Positions 37,734-52,546 of a stretch of 64,000 nt of DNA are shown here, piece after piece. The translations under genes were made by a program, and so were the position numbers. The notes under the pieces are model-generated. The model was given only the letters and a program-made list of their open reading frames with translations. It was not told the origin of the DNA and did no database searches. The stretch is from Lingula anatina (taxonomy: Eukaryota > Animalia > Brachiopoda), in contig CM120647.1 of NCBI GenBank assembly GCA_051362555.1, positions 15,910,651 to 15,974,650 of the forward strand, given 5' to 3'. Positions within the stretch are counted from its first letter, which is position 1. Each line of letters opens with the position of its first letter.

Positions 37734-39036
37734 CTGGAAAGACAATTTTTCATTTAATAACATACAACCCTGGATAAAAAAGCAAGAATTATTTTAAGAT
37801 TAAAAAAACACAAAATTTGGGTTCTTCCCACTATAAATAAGCAAAACCTGATAAAATAAATATCATACAAGTTCTCTTTCTGGGAAGAACTTGCCATTCA
37901 CGTGACAAGATTTTCAAAGTATTTAGCATACCCCCTCCCCCACCCCAAAAAAAATGGAAAAAAATACTATAGAACAAAAGACATCTTTCATAAAAACTTA
38001 ATACATATAGGTAACACAAACTCCTTCACAGAAATATTCCTAAAGCAAACAAATATCAACAAACTTTCCAGAGCATGCACTAAAACACAGATCAATACCA
38101 GGTTTTCCAAATTAAGCTCCGAACATATCAAGATGCCAATTCTGTTCAGTTCATACATTAATTTCAATCAATTAAGGGAATTGTGTCTCTGAAGTATGTT
38201 AAGCCACGCACTGATATATGTAAGACGTAATCTTGCACACACAATGACATGTGAATCGCATGTTAGTACATCTAAGTTGTATGATTAAGATTAAAGAAGA
38301 TTATTCCACTATAATGGTAACTAAACCATTGATTGTAAAATTTGTATTACTCTTGACAAGACAGTGCTCGATTCCACATATTTTCTAAAACAAGTAGCTG
38401 GTCGTAAGTTGTTTTACGTAATCTGTTGTTAAGCAGTGATGCACTTAGCATCTCCTTCTGGTGTAAGCTAGGTGCTAAAAAAGTGAAAATTGGATAGGTG
38501 AAATATGTTTCAAAAATAAAATGTCATTGTTTATTTAGTGTATTTTATTTTGGAAGGCAGTTGACAGATGGGAAATTGGCCTAATCTGGTTTTTCACCTT
38601 AATGGTATCTTTCTTTAATATTCTGCACCTTGGCAAAGCTTATACCTCACTTTTACAAATGTCTTCCATGCAACAGAAGTGAAGTGTATAAGAAATTATC
38701 TGTGCCATATAACAAACTGTCTGTTTAATTATCAATAAAATTACCAGCAGCAAAAAATAATACATTTCTGTGTGCCTACACAAGGAAGACTTAAGACTGA
38801 GAAAGCTTCCTTGCCTGTGTCATCAGACCAATTAACCAATACAAGTGAAACTCCATTTGACTTCACCATTTTAATCAATATCTTGGTAGACCTCTCACAA
38901 ACAACCAAAAACAACACACATTTAGTATATATATTGGATGGTTGGATATATATATATATATATCCAACCATGTAGGGTCTGCCATATTTGATCCATGGAT
39001 CAGTAGATCCTGGGATCACATTTTCTGAATAGGCTC

Positions 39037-39081
<45 letters not shown>

Positions 39082-40162
39082 CCAGCCACCTGATGAGGTA
39101 GACACAAGTTTGCCCATATTTCAATCCAGATCCTCTAAGGTCTGAACAGACCCAACAGTATATTTTTCCCCCCTGGGAACCTCATCAGCAGTTGGTTAAT
39201 TAAAAGTCCTGCTCTAACACTGGCCCAATCAATATGACAGCTGCCGGTCAATGTATCTCTGGGAGAGAAAGTACTATACACCATGGTCAGTGTTGGACAT
39301 TACAAACGGCTTGGGATTACTATTATGATTATGATTATTATCATTATCATTATTATTATTATTATAGGATATTGATTCACCACTGGACATTAGGTATACC
39401 CAACGGTGTCACTATACGACCAGACTGAATTATTAGTTGTAGCCTGAAGGGCAAAACCTATAGACTACTTTGACTTGTGTAAAATCAATGAAAAGAAATA
39501 CTGTACCAATATTCTTATGTAAAAATCACTGAAAAGAAATATTGTACCAATTTTATAAAACAAAATATTTGGGGACAAAAATAACACCAATTTATAAGGC
39601 TAACATTTTTTACTTTAAAATGATGAACATTTTTTTTTTTTTGTAAATAAAACCTTTCGCAAACCCAATATGTCAAAGGTAGATAACTTGAATTCAACTA
39701 GTTAAAACATACAACAACAAATATTCCAGTCCCCCTCACAATTTTTTTATCAACAGTATCAGAGATTATATCTTAATGATATAGTAACCACTCTCGACAG
39801 CAAAAATATGTCCGCCCCTAAAATAAATTACAAGTTAGAACACCTAAGTGGCTCCTCAGTGCAATTTATCTACATCTTGTCGCTAAAAAAATGTTCATCT
39901 TCCTGCAAAAAAAGTGATAAAAGCCATTAAGGCCATTCACACATCTTGCCCCTCTCTCTCTTTTGATGGAAACTATTACAAATTCAGTCATTAGCATGGA
40001 GGAATGTTACACTCTCTCTGTGGTTCACTACATAGAGTACTTTAAGTGACAATGATGCTACCCTCCACTAAGAGCTCATTCCCAATAAAAATATCGGACT
40101 ATGTTGATCAATCCAACTCAGATTAACATGCCTCCTCTTGCTACCAATGTACCCATATCATC

Positions 40163-40410
40163 ACAGTGGCGGTTTTAGAGGGGGATTCAGGGGGGTCCTG
40201 ACCCCCCTAGATTTCTGGTCCCCTCTTGAAATTAGAATTTTGACTAGCTGAATCATGGTTCTAAACCATACCAAATGGCACCTTTTGCCCTGTAAAATAC
40301 CAAAATTTTTCAGAGCCCTTCAGCGGGTCCTGAACCCCACCCCAAGTGGGGGGAAGGTCAGCTTTGTATCCGCGGACCCCCCCTTCAAATAATCCTGGAT
40401 CCACCCCTAC
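40163..40410. mobile_element. Degenerate hAT-like MITE
   Basis: CAGTGGCGGTTTTAGAGGGGG ... CCTGGATCCACCCCTA with internal G/C-rich GACCCCCC motifs. Confidence 0.5.
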
Positions 40411-41026
40411 ATCACCGGCTATTCTGTATTCTACTCAGTGCCAGGAATTGGTACGAGTCCCTTTGGAATTGGACTGATCTACATAGACCGATAGTTTTAT
40501 TAGGCATGTGCCTGAAGTTGTATGGAAACATTTCTACGATAAGTAAACACTAGTAAATCACATGAAAACCCCATTAAATATTGAATACCAAAACATAATC
40601 TCACAATTTAGTATGTATGCATTATGGTATGTAATCATGATCCTTCTGTAAATAAGCGTCTATCAATGTACTACAGAAGTCAAGAAAGCACTATAATAAT
40701 AGAAATCCAGTAAAGGGTAAATGGATGCTATGATATACATGTATAAACACCAATAAATTGTGTATAGATGCATTAAGTTACTATAAAATATAAGTACCAA
40801 ATCTCCTAAAAATCACATAAAGCCCCAGTTCACTGTGCCTACTCCATCACTATAACTCAATGATGATCATTAACTTGAAGGATTACCATTGCAACACCAT
40901 TAAGTAATGGATGCAATTTTCTTAACGACTCCCTGTTGTATACCAAACTACAAATAGCTTCATGATCAGAACACATATTTACAATTTCAAGGACCCTGTT
41001 TACCAAAAAAAAAAATAATAAAATAA

Positions 41027-41028
<2 letters not shown>

Positions 41029-41125
<97 letters not shown>

Positions 41126-41126
41126 A
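41029..41126. repeat. (TAA)n/(TAAA)n microsatellite
   Basis: Directly visible. Confidence 0.95.
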
Positions 41127-44100
41127 TGCCATGGGCTAATTTTTAGGACTCAGTTTAGAAAGCTAATAAGTCAGATAGTTGATTATGCAAAGTTGACTTT
41201 GCAATATTGGTTTAAGAGCTTTTAAAAATGATAAAGGCCCACAATAAATGTATTACTGACATATTTTAATCAGCTACTGTAACCACTGAAAGAAACTACC
41301 TATCATAATTTGCTCAAAGGGTTAAGTCAGCAGATAAAAAATGATTTGGTTAAAATTAGCCAATTATTTCACTAAAACAATTTTTTATCCTAGGGAGACC
41401 CAAGCATTTTACACCATGATTGATGTATATCTTTCTCTCTTCCTTTTTTTTGTGAGGATTAAGTTTACTTTTTATGGCTGCTGCCAAGACAGGAAATAGG
41501 TACCATGAGGACTAAAATTCTCAGTAATTGCTGGCAAAATCACTTGAAACTGTAAAAATAAATACAAAGTTGTAGTAGCCTCAAACAAACCAGCCAACAC
41601 TACCAAGATACTACAGAAATAGACATTGGGGATATATAATATAACCAGCAAATGGAAAATGCAAGTATGGAACAGAATGATCACAGAATTAAGAAGACAC
41701 TCTTTTAACGGTGGCAACACACACACACACACACGCGCGCGCGCACACACACACACACACATACACATACCTTGATATATACATGCCTTTGATGGTACCT
41801 TAAAATACATAGTACGTCCTTTAAGGTACCTTAATATAAGCACACACTTTCAGGTACCTTGAAAAAGAAAGTTAGAACCCAGGAAGGAACCTACCTGAGC
41901 CCATTTGCTCCTTTCATTTCTCCTTCCTTTTTTCTTATCTCTTCTTTCATTCCTTCAGCCATTTCCCAGGTAATAATATTTCTCTCAATTTTTTTCTGTC
42001 CATAGAATTCAGATAGAAATTGTCATATACTGCAGCCTATTGTGTTAAGTGAGCACTCTCATTTGATGGGTAGCAAGATGTCTGCGATCCAAGTTTCACT
42101 TGACAATCTAAGTCCTGGTGATGCACACCTGTTGACTACGAATCAACCACCACCTGTCTGAGATTTTTTAACTTAATAGAGCAACAAATAAGAGTTTAAT
42201 TAATCAACTCTTTTAGACTTTAAAAGAAGCAAAAATGCATGTACACAAAAATCTTGAATAATGTCGATCAAACTGGTTGACACCAATTCAAAAGTCATTT
42301 GCATCTGAGTTCTAGAAAAACAACAACAGGAAGTTAAAAACCATCAACTTTTTAAGATCCAAGAAGCAAAATTGTCCATAGAAATCTTGAATAAAGCAGA
42401 ACAAACCTCCTGACACCCAATCCCAGAATCTCCAAGTTACACAAGTTACAACAAAACACCAATAAATGGCAGACAAAACCACCAACTACTTCTGATTACA
42501 AAAGAGGCAGAATTGCCAATTGAAATCTTGGATGGTTTCAAGGACTGTCATTGTTGTGAAAAGAAAATCCAGGTGTCAACAAAGGAAACAGAGATGCCTG
42601 CAGAAATCTTGCACAATGTCAAGGGCAGTTGACATCATGAGAAAAACACCCAGTCAACAGCCTAAACTCTTGCCTGAGCTTTAGACCTACTGAGATCTTA
42701 ATACTATCAAATGAGCAGTGAAGAACAGCCACCTTGTTGTGGATATGGGATTACCATAATTACCTGTAAATGTCAAAACACTTCACCCACCTAAATAAGT
42801 TAAATGTTATTTTTGCAAATCTTATCTGTTTTAGTTATTAGTAAAAGCATGTCAATTTTGTTCAAATTTATAAAGTAACTACCGTAAGACTTAGAAGCCT
42901 TTCCAAAATATTTCATTTTCTTTTGATGGCAGACATTTTAATTAAAAAAGAAAGGATGTTTTCCACAGGTGACATAATTATTATCTTCTTAAGACTGCAG
43001 CTTTCCAGGTAAGATGTTACCTACGTGTAATTCTCACTCCACCTGAATTCAATGCAGCAGTACTAGTCTGTTAAACAAAAGAACTTAAAGAACTTGGAGC
43101 AAAGCAGGAGCACATGGAGGCCATCTTCTGGGTCTTTCCAGAAGACAGTAAGAATAAGCTAATGTTTCCGACCAAAAAGACTACTGTTTACTTATCTTGA
43201 ACAAAGGTAGACAAGTTTTTGGTCTTACAAGTTTAGCTCACTTTTACCCATTTACATATAATGCAATAATGACTCAATCTTTCCAATGAGATAAATATGA
43301 ATTTTACAGACAATGTATTTTAAGTCATATATTTTGTTTTAAATTGGAACACTGGATCCTACTGAGCTGCAACAACAAAACTGAAAAGCAGGCTACTCTG
43401 CAGTTCTATTATTTTTTTTAAAGCACCACAGATGCTACAAAGAAATAAATTTTTAATAATTTTAAAGTAATATGTATGAAAAATTGATAAGTTTTTCCCA
43501 TTGAAAAGATTGAGGGATTACTGTACATCAGTGCTATATATCAGGCATTGGTGCCTATCTTTACCAATGTATGTAAGCACTTTCCAACCTTTGCCTTTTA
43601 CCATACCATTTCACTGATACTTTTCAACATTTAACAGCAACAGTTACCTTTTGCCATGTAGCGTGCAAGCTTATAGATAAACAAATACGCATTCAATCAT
43701 TTTCCACAGTGAGTGACTTTCTTGGTAAACAACATCTACTATTCAATAACACCATGTTTTCCTCGTAATCTCTGGGTAATCCTGGACATATACAGACCCT
43801 GTGATCTATGTCCCTTCATTCTTAGTACTTAGTAAATTTCTGAGGGTAAAATCCCAGATTACAGAGGAGAGACCATCAGAAAAACACAGGATATGGTGCC
43901 TAGTACAAAATCACTTTCCTGGTAATTTAATTTGACGACTAATATCACTGAGGTTCAGTAACAACCTGTAATCCCAGAGATGATAAGGTATTATCTGCTT
44001 TGAAACGTATTATTAGTTATTAGGGGGTCACCCTAAGCTTTAGAAATTAGTGGGAACAATACCTAGAATGAAAAGGCTTTCTCAGTAAATCTTACCTGAC

Positions 44101-45157
44101 CCCTAGATCTACGTAACTGAAGTATTATGAAACCCTGTGGGTAAGCCTAGAGATAATAACTTATTATCAGTTTTACATCTTATTAATTGCTAGTCACTAC
44201 AGGGTCCACTGGAATCTCCCCTGACCACATTTATCCTCTTTTGACCCCCCCCTCCCCCCCCCACAACACACACACACAGGCCTGCAATTTCAAAAGGGGT
44301 GTTCTTTTTCTGAAAAAGTGAACAATTGACCATGATACCTTCATGTATCTAGATCAAATTTTACCCAGAGGGGACCTTTTCCTGTAAAAAGGGTGGTTAA
44401 TTCAAACCCCCTGAATCCCCCTTCCCCTCCTCGGCTGTGGTCCTTTTTTACACCACACACACACATACACACACACACACACGAAGAGTAACTTTGCACG
44501 AAGAGTCATTGGGCATGAGGAGTCATTGGGCATGAAAGCTCATTGGGTATGAGGAGCTGAACAAAGACAAATGTCAATGCACCCCTCCCACCACATATCT
44601 ATAATGTTCCTGTTTGTAATTTCCTGTTAAACAACCAATTTGGTGTCCTCTGTCTTCTATGCCATGTCTCTACTCCATCACAATGTCCACCTCCTTATCA
44701 ATATCACATTTATCTATGCTGGGCTGTATGGTTATCATTCACACTTTTTTAAAGTCAGACTTTTTCATGTTAAATATTTTCAATAATCAACTTTTGAATG
44801 CATGTCTAACATTAGACTATGTGATATTAACTCGACTGCATGGTGCGTTTTGAGCATTTTTAAAACTGCTCTTTTCAGATGTTATTTATTTGACTGAAAA
44901 AAAAAAGAGAAAAAAATTCTACCTTCGTTCAAAATTACAGAGATATTACAATATCACAATACCTCTTAGACAGACATCCTCCACCAAAAGAATTCATTCA
45001 TTCATTCATTATACTGTCATGTTTTTCTGTATATAAAAGACACCCATCCCTTTGAGATTACAAGACACTTTAAATGATGTGCCACCCTTCTTGAAATTAA
45101 AAACCCACGTAATGTTTTATAATTAGATATATGGTTAGATGTTCTTAGCCTCTGCAA

Positions 45158-45193
<36 letters not shown>

Positions 45194-46768
45194 TGCTAAA
45201 ACTAATGAAGACTTATTGGTTGCACATTCTCCAAAGACAGTTTCATCATTCAACATAATTACCTTAAGTGTAATGCCTGTGACATAGCTGAATTGTGTAA
45301 CTTTGGGAATCCAAGACGTTAAAATTTAAATGTCATTTATGTGTGACACTATTGTGATGTCCTCTTCTATGCTTTAGATCTCCCCGTCAGAGCCGTGTCG
45401 GTATGGTGTATTGTAATCGACTGATCTGGTTCCAGCATAGAAGGCTCCGTGACAAGGTGTCAATGCCCTGTAAGCAGCTGAAAAGTTCACTTAGTCTGAA
45501 CTAGATTTGATGTGGAAATAAATACTCCTGTTGAGAAATAAATCGATGGTATTGTTGTCCATTAAAAGAAGTTTTCTTAATTAAGCTTAGAGACTCTAAA
45601 CTGCATATTCCTATAATGAGAACACACAGACCTCCTTTAACCAAACTGTAAGTGTATGCTTATACACAGTATGCTTGTAGCTTAATTTGATCTGTGACAG
45701 TGGAAAAGTTTAAAAAATTCAACCCAGCACATATTGCACCATTCTCTGCCTTTGTCAACCAGTTGTTATTTACCACTATGAAGCTGGTAAAATATATATT
45801 CCATTGTCTCTCCTATTGTGATAATTCAAAAAAAGAAAAAAAAACAAAACTTGTGGCGATAAGTCAGTCATTTGATGAAGGTCCTTTGAGGAAAAGGGTG
45901 AAACATCCTGCCTCAATTGTATAAAACCTGTAATTTAGTCTCTTTAGGAATTATTCATTTCTTTATCGTCACTATGAAGTTCTTGTAGGGATATCATGAA
46001 GATGTTATCACCTACACAAAACCACACAGCCAGCAAACAAACATCCTCAGTCACTAATATTATACATAGTCAGGGCTCTAAGCATTTAAACATACTCTAC
46101 ACATTTTTTAGGATCCATTCCTATTATATCCAGATGGTAATATATTGTTGATATATATAAAACATGTTCAACAATTAACAGGTCTAAACATAATGAAATA
46201 CTGGCAAATCCTGATGTAAAGCTGGCAAATCCTGATATATAACCATTATTATAACTCTCCTAGGTGTCTGTGATCCCAGTATGTTCTGTTGTGAGGACAG
46301 TTACTTTTATATTTTATATATAAAACATCATGTCACTGCCTTTCCTCATATCAGTCCTATAATTACAGGTATTTATCTAGTTAGTTACAGTAATCCCATA
46401 TCTATGTGTCCAAGCATATCCTCAAGTGCAAAACAATTTTTCCTTCCTGGCTAGAGCAAATATTAAATCACTGTGTCCAAGCATATCCTCAAGTGTAAAG
46501 CAATGTATTTCTCTCCATCTATACCAAATATCTACCACGTAGCACAGAAATTCCTGATGCAGGTTACTGGCACATTATTTCCTCCTAGCTATAGTCCACT
46601 CCAGCAAGGCACCACATCCCAGTGCACTCTGCAGTTTGCAGACAGGTGTGCTATTTTGGTCCAGTCACACCACTGATCCCATAGCAACCACTTGTTATCT
46701 TCACCTACCTGTGTAACAGCCTTCACTGCTCACCTGGTACAGTGAAAGTGGACAGGTGTGTGTGTGTG

Positions 46769-46940
46769 CAGGCCCGTAGCCAGGGGGGAGAGAGTTTGGG
46801 GGTTCGAAAGAACCGCCCCTTTTGTCAAGAAAAGGTCCATTTTGGGTAACATTTTATCTAGGTACACATAGGTTTCATTGTAAAAGGTCCACTTTTTATG
46901 AAAAAGAACCCCCCTTTTGAATTTGCTGGCTACGGGCCTG
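46769..46940. mobile_element. hAT-like MITE (same family as 2267-2426) inside a GT microsatellite
   Basis: Perfect TIR CAGGCCCGTAGCCAG; interior similar to 2267-2426. Confidence 0.78.
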
Positions 46941-46999
46941 ATGTGCGTGTGTGTGTGTATATGTGTGTGTGTGTGCGTGTGTGTGTGTGTATGTGTGTG

Positions 47000-47030
<31 letters not shown>

Positions 47031-47449
47031 ATTAGGAGGGGTGATTGGGGGGGGGCAGGAGGATAACACAACATAGGAGATAATAGTCAACAATAAAGTT
47101 CCTATTTCTCCTATCAATTTTGTTGAACAAGGTGATCAGTCTGACACCTGTAGCTCTTAGATCATAAATTCAGTTCATAAAACCTTTGTTCAGACTTTCT
47201 ATTTTCACCTATTAGGAGATACATCAGTCCATTTTATCAAGACAAATGAATGATAAGTAATTTTTCAGATCAATGAATATTATAACTAGTTTCTTTTAAT
47301 GATCATCAGTTGCAGGTACAGTATTGTGCTAGCATGTTGTATCCCCCTTCCCTCACCTGGCCTAGCACTGGAGGTATGTCTGCCCTAAACTCTGATAACA
47401 GTCTACAGGGCAACTTTCTCTGGGTACTTGACTATCACCCTGAGATTCA

Positions 47450-47620
47450 GAGGTTACTTGAAACTCCAGGATTAGCTAGAATCTCCAGGATTTATTATAA
47501 ACTCTTGGATTTTACTAGAATCTCTAGAATTTATTTAAATTCCCCAAGCTTTATTAGGAACTTCAGAATTTATTAGAAATTCCAGGACTTACTGGAAACT
47601 CCAGGGTTTACTAGACACTT
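47450..47620. repeat. ~20-bp minisatellite
   Basis: Variants of CTAGAA(A/T)CTCCAGGATTTA repeated about 8 times. Confidence 0.7.
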
Positions 47621-48618
47621 GCCTGCAACTATATTCACGTTCCAGTTACTAATACTGACAAAGTGAGGGGCAGTCCGAAAATATACACGATGTCTCCAGT
47701 AAACTGTGAAACTCAGGGTGCTAATGAAAATGGCGCAATGCTGATAAAAGAGGTGAGATTCCAGTACACTTAGAAAACCAGGGTGTTTGAACAGACCAGG
47801 TACATGTTTGAAATACCTTTCAACATTTTTAATTCTTGGTCAAAAATTGAATTGATTCTGTTGGGGTTAGAGGTGAACTTTTTGAAAGTTATCACCTACT
47901 CTAAGAATGTTTTAAACATATTAAATTTAAATTAAGCTATAGATTTTGAAAATGCAGAAACAAGTTCACAGTCCCCACTGGCCTAATTCTACTTGATTAT
48001 GAGAGTGAATCTTTATCAGATCAGAAATGTGTAAGGTGCATAACCACTACTCTTTTTATCATTTTTCCCATCTAGGGAGAAATAAGGTGAAATCCACAGA
48101 GGCAGTGATTCTGGACATTAAGGATTTTTCTTGGGGTCAATTGTAAAATTTCTCCCACTTACCAAACCAATGCCCAATGCCTTTTTTCATCTAAATAAAA
48201 AGTGTGAAAAAAAATCTGATTTCCTCTAAATAAGACCTGGTTACACTGACACTAGCCACCATATTTTTGTCTGGCCTAACTATAAATAAGTTAAACCTAA
48301 CAACAACTTGTGCTCAAAGTGGACAAAATTGATTTACAGCCCTGGGTTACTACACTCAGTATGTGCTCAACACCTGATCTTACTTCTTAATTAATACATT
48401 ATCAGTCCATTAATCATTAGTCATTATTCCTATTCAGTTCTATAATAATAACAGCACCCCTGGAATCCAAACAGGAAATCCCAATTGAAATCAACTATAA
48501 AAGGAGTAAAACCTGAAATAGATTTTTGTACAGAACTATTTGTATGTGTAACATTAAATACTCTTGTTAGTACTCAACTTTCTCTGAGATACAGGTATGG
48601 TAATGAAAGTATTTGACG

Positions 48619-48651
<33 letters not shown>

Positions 48652-49686
48652 ATCATACTTATCATAAAAAATGTAAAATATATGTTCACTTTCAGTTTTC
48701 TTTTATTTTGTAACAGCAGAACATGGAAACCCTAAAGAACAGAAATATCAATCATTCAGCACACTCTGCATTATAGTTACTGTAGCTAAAATATAATCAA
48801 AAGCACGTTTAATGAAATCTTAGCTTATAAACAGTTTTAAAACAGATTCAGATGTTGAGTGATATATTTGTCATATAAAGAAAAATTCATAAAGAAATTT
48901 ATCTGAAATATTAACGGATCAAAACAATCAACTATTTAGGTCCTCAACATATCATCCAAGCAATCACTTATAAAGACTGATTGCAATCAACACACACAGC
49001 AAATGTAACAGTATGCACAGCATGTTGCAGAGCAATCAATCCACTAACTGGAAGTAATCAACCTGATCTGACATTATTAAGGACAAAAGACAGACACATG
49101 TTCCTTATGTAGAATATACCATTGTAATTATTCCACGGAGAGAAAATTGCCTAAGTATCCGAAAGTCTGACTCCCTAATTAATTGTTCACCATTTCTCCA
49201 TGGAGGAAGTGGATATCTAATTGACATCACCATCGTCACTTTTATCAGGGGTTGAAAGAAAATAGTAGTATGAAATGGCTTGATGACCTTACACCTGGGG
49301 ACCAGGAACTCCTTAAGATGAAAAACCACTCAGAAAAAAAGTGGATTTCCAATTTAAATTGCAAAAATACCATGATGTCTACTTTCTGACCTTTTAAAAA
49401 ATGAAACAACAAAAAAATGGAAACCACAAATTGCATTTCCCAAGACAGAAAACAACAAATGCAAAACAGATCCTGTATCAGACAAATGACATTTGGAGGC
49501 TTCCAGAAAGATTATCACTGTAAGCATCCTTGTTTCTACTTCAAATGAGCACCTATAAATAACATGGCACAAATAAATAAATAAATGAAAAATAAAGAGG
49601 TCCTGCTCTACTCCCAATTCCTGCATATCCTCCTTGACAGTATCCATAAATCTTTTTTTCAGCTTCCCAAATAAAGAAATTAGTAA

Positions 49687-49722
<36 letters not shown>

Positions 49723-52546
49723 GGAAAGAAAGAAAATAAAAGAAAAGTAGATTATTTCATTTTCAGCCCATACAGGTGAGTATTTATCCAAAGATAAGAC
49801 AATCAGAATTATTACAGTTCCCAAAGAAATAAGTTATAAGTGTCAAAAGTTGATTTGTAAAATGATTTCTATGTAACCCAACCTGTGAGTCTCCACTTCT
49901 GAGTTCTCCTCTTGCTGGTCCATTCTGGGCTTTTTCTGAAACTTCTTCTCAAATAATACAGTGTAACAGTGAGGAACCTGCACAATATTCAAACAATCCC
50001 AGGACTGCTTTAACATACAAATGATCTATTAAGATATGACAAATGAATCTGCTTCACTCTCTCAATTGCTGAACAAATGAAGTGGATCATCTCTTCACAT
50101 GGATGTCAAGCTTTGGATGGTAAATGAAAAGACTCTACACCTGTCAGTTTCAAGAGGGTGAAGGTGTGGTGCGAAATCACAGAAATTAAATGTCGGATCC
50201 TCATAAGTGGATGTCACAAGTCCAGTAATAGCCTGATTTTCTCTTGTATGTGTTCCCTCAACAAACAAAGTTATCAATGCACTCCAATATCTCCTCCTCT
50301 CTCATGTCATCTTCTAGTCCTTCATTCAGTCCTCGAGTCATTCATCTTCAAGTACTAGTGACCGAGTGTATTATAAGCATGGTTGATAGAATTCTCACCA
50401 TTTTAAACAATTATACAGCAGTGTGCTGATGCCTGCACTCATTATTCAACAGTTAAAGCATGAACAGCCTAGCTCTGCCTTGCTGAGACAGCAGGAATAA
50501 ATGATCCATGCAAGAAGTCTCACAGATGACAAATTAGTAACTGGAACATAAAAGACATCACATCTTTACCGTCTTCTAAGATCGATGCTGGTAAACCAGT
50601 CTGTCTTGAATACCTTGGTCACCAGAGAAGTCTGAATCCACAGTTCTCTGCCTTGTTGTCACAATCTACCCAGAAAGTTTATAAAAGTTTCTTTTCACTT
50701 CTTGATATCCACAAACCCATTCAAGGAAACCCCCTCTTTCTCTTTCGGAAACCAGAGCAAATATCTCTCCTAGTTCCCAGCTTCATATCCTAAAATGCTC
50801 TCGCAGAACTGCGCAAACAATTCCCAATACCAACAGCCTTTGTTGTCACACCAGAGTATTGAACATCTTACGAGAAACAATTAAACCTTCTCGCCATCCT
50901 TATCAAAGATTTTCAGAGCTGAAGCAAGAGCACGGAGTGTTATTGACCAATCAAGAGAGCCAAAAGTTGATTGTTCATCGAATGGGCCGACACAAAACTA
51001 TGCATGTTACTGGGCCTTGAAAATCAATGATGGATCCCCTTTAAAACATCAATGGACTGTACACAAGAAAACATCTCAGATTAATTTAGCTTTATACATG
51101 GGACAAGGCCTTACAAATCAATAAAGGAGCCCAGCTAGTTTAAGCTTCATTAACGCACTGATTACAATTTCAGGACTATGGTCCCAAGCAAAACTTTATT
51201 CTATGCATGGGACAGGGCCTTGATTTTCAACAATAAGGCCCCTCCAAGAAATGACGCCATATTTACAGTCGAGATCCCACTGATATCACTTCCATCCATG
51301 GTACAGGGCTGTAATAATCAATGATGGGACCCAGTCCAAGCAGTGACACTGTGAATACATATAAGAACAGGTGAACAACCTACAAAAAAATCAATAGAAG
51401 GGGTTCAATAAGGCATAATGATATGAAATACATGTACAGGAGGGTATAGATAACAGAGGTATACACAGTCCCACTTCCTAAGTATGGTATCTTCTCTACA
51501 GAGTAACTTGGCTGTACCTTTATTATAACAACTGAAGAATGGCTACAGTAATTGCATTTAATTAAAGAATCAATTGCCTCATTTTTTATATCGATTTTCG
51601 TTAATTCCCAAAAATTGATTTATCTATTTGTTTCAAAGTATTAAATTTGATGTTCTTGCCTAAAATTAGTAAACATATTTCCAAAGAGCTTATGGCTATT
51701 ACCCATATCCTTGGTCTCTGACATACAATGCTGATGACAAGGTTTTTCCATTATCTAAATAATTTATTATTTTATATACTTCAATTATACTAATAGCAAA
51801 ACATTCTGCAATAACTATAAAGCAAAAACTATCATGTGGCACTGCACAGATATTACAAATTGAAAGCCCTGCGTTTGTGCAGAACACCTCCACATGTAAA
51901 TAATGTGCTTTGACTTCAAACATTCCATCATCAGTTGTTCATTAATATCATCATTGTAACTATCATTATTTTCACTGTCAGCAATAAACGACAACTCAAA
52001 CATCATAAGATGTTTAATGCGTGCAAAGCTAACTGATTAGAAAACTTGCTTTATTCACACATTTAATTAATCTGGGATGGTATGAAATCAATTCAGTTTC
52101 CAACAATATCTGTAATTCTGGTGAAAATTAAATTTGATATTCTATCACAATAGTATTAATTCCGTGATATGGCTTTCATGAGGTATTAAAATACACGAAT
52201 ACCAAAGGATGGTTGGTATGGATTTTTTTCTTTCACAGTAAACTGCCATTCCTCAAATTTCATTGTGCTTGTCAATATCCATCATCACGTAACTTTTTAT
52301 TATGCCACAGCAGATGCTGTGAACCTAAGATCCACACGTACAATAGCTCACAAACACACACACGACATGCACAAACATGAAAACACTGCATAACACCTGG
52401 GTCCTTTGTTCAATCTCATACAAACATGGACATCTATTCGTGCTTTGTACTTATGTATAGAACTTTTATCTTGCTGACACATGGTGTAAGTAATTAATTT
52501 TTTCCCATAATTGTGTCGACTTTCAGTTTCAATTTCATGGTAAAAT

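Noticed and set aside
38643-38670. Possible first exon MEDICKSE|GT on -
   Set aside because: Phase 0 does not fit the adjacent phase-2 ORD exon; short and likely chance.
40857-41132. Poly-Tyr ORF and other HT/CV/LS-repeat ORFs
   Set aside because: Microsatellite translations.
46705-46740. Donor-like CACAG|GTAGGT on -
   Set aside because: In-frame TGA just upstream and no ATG.
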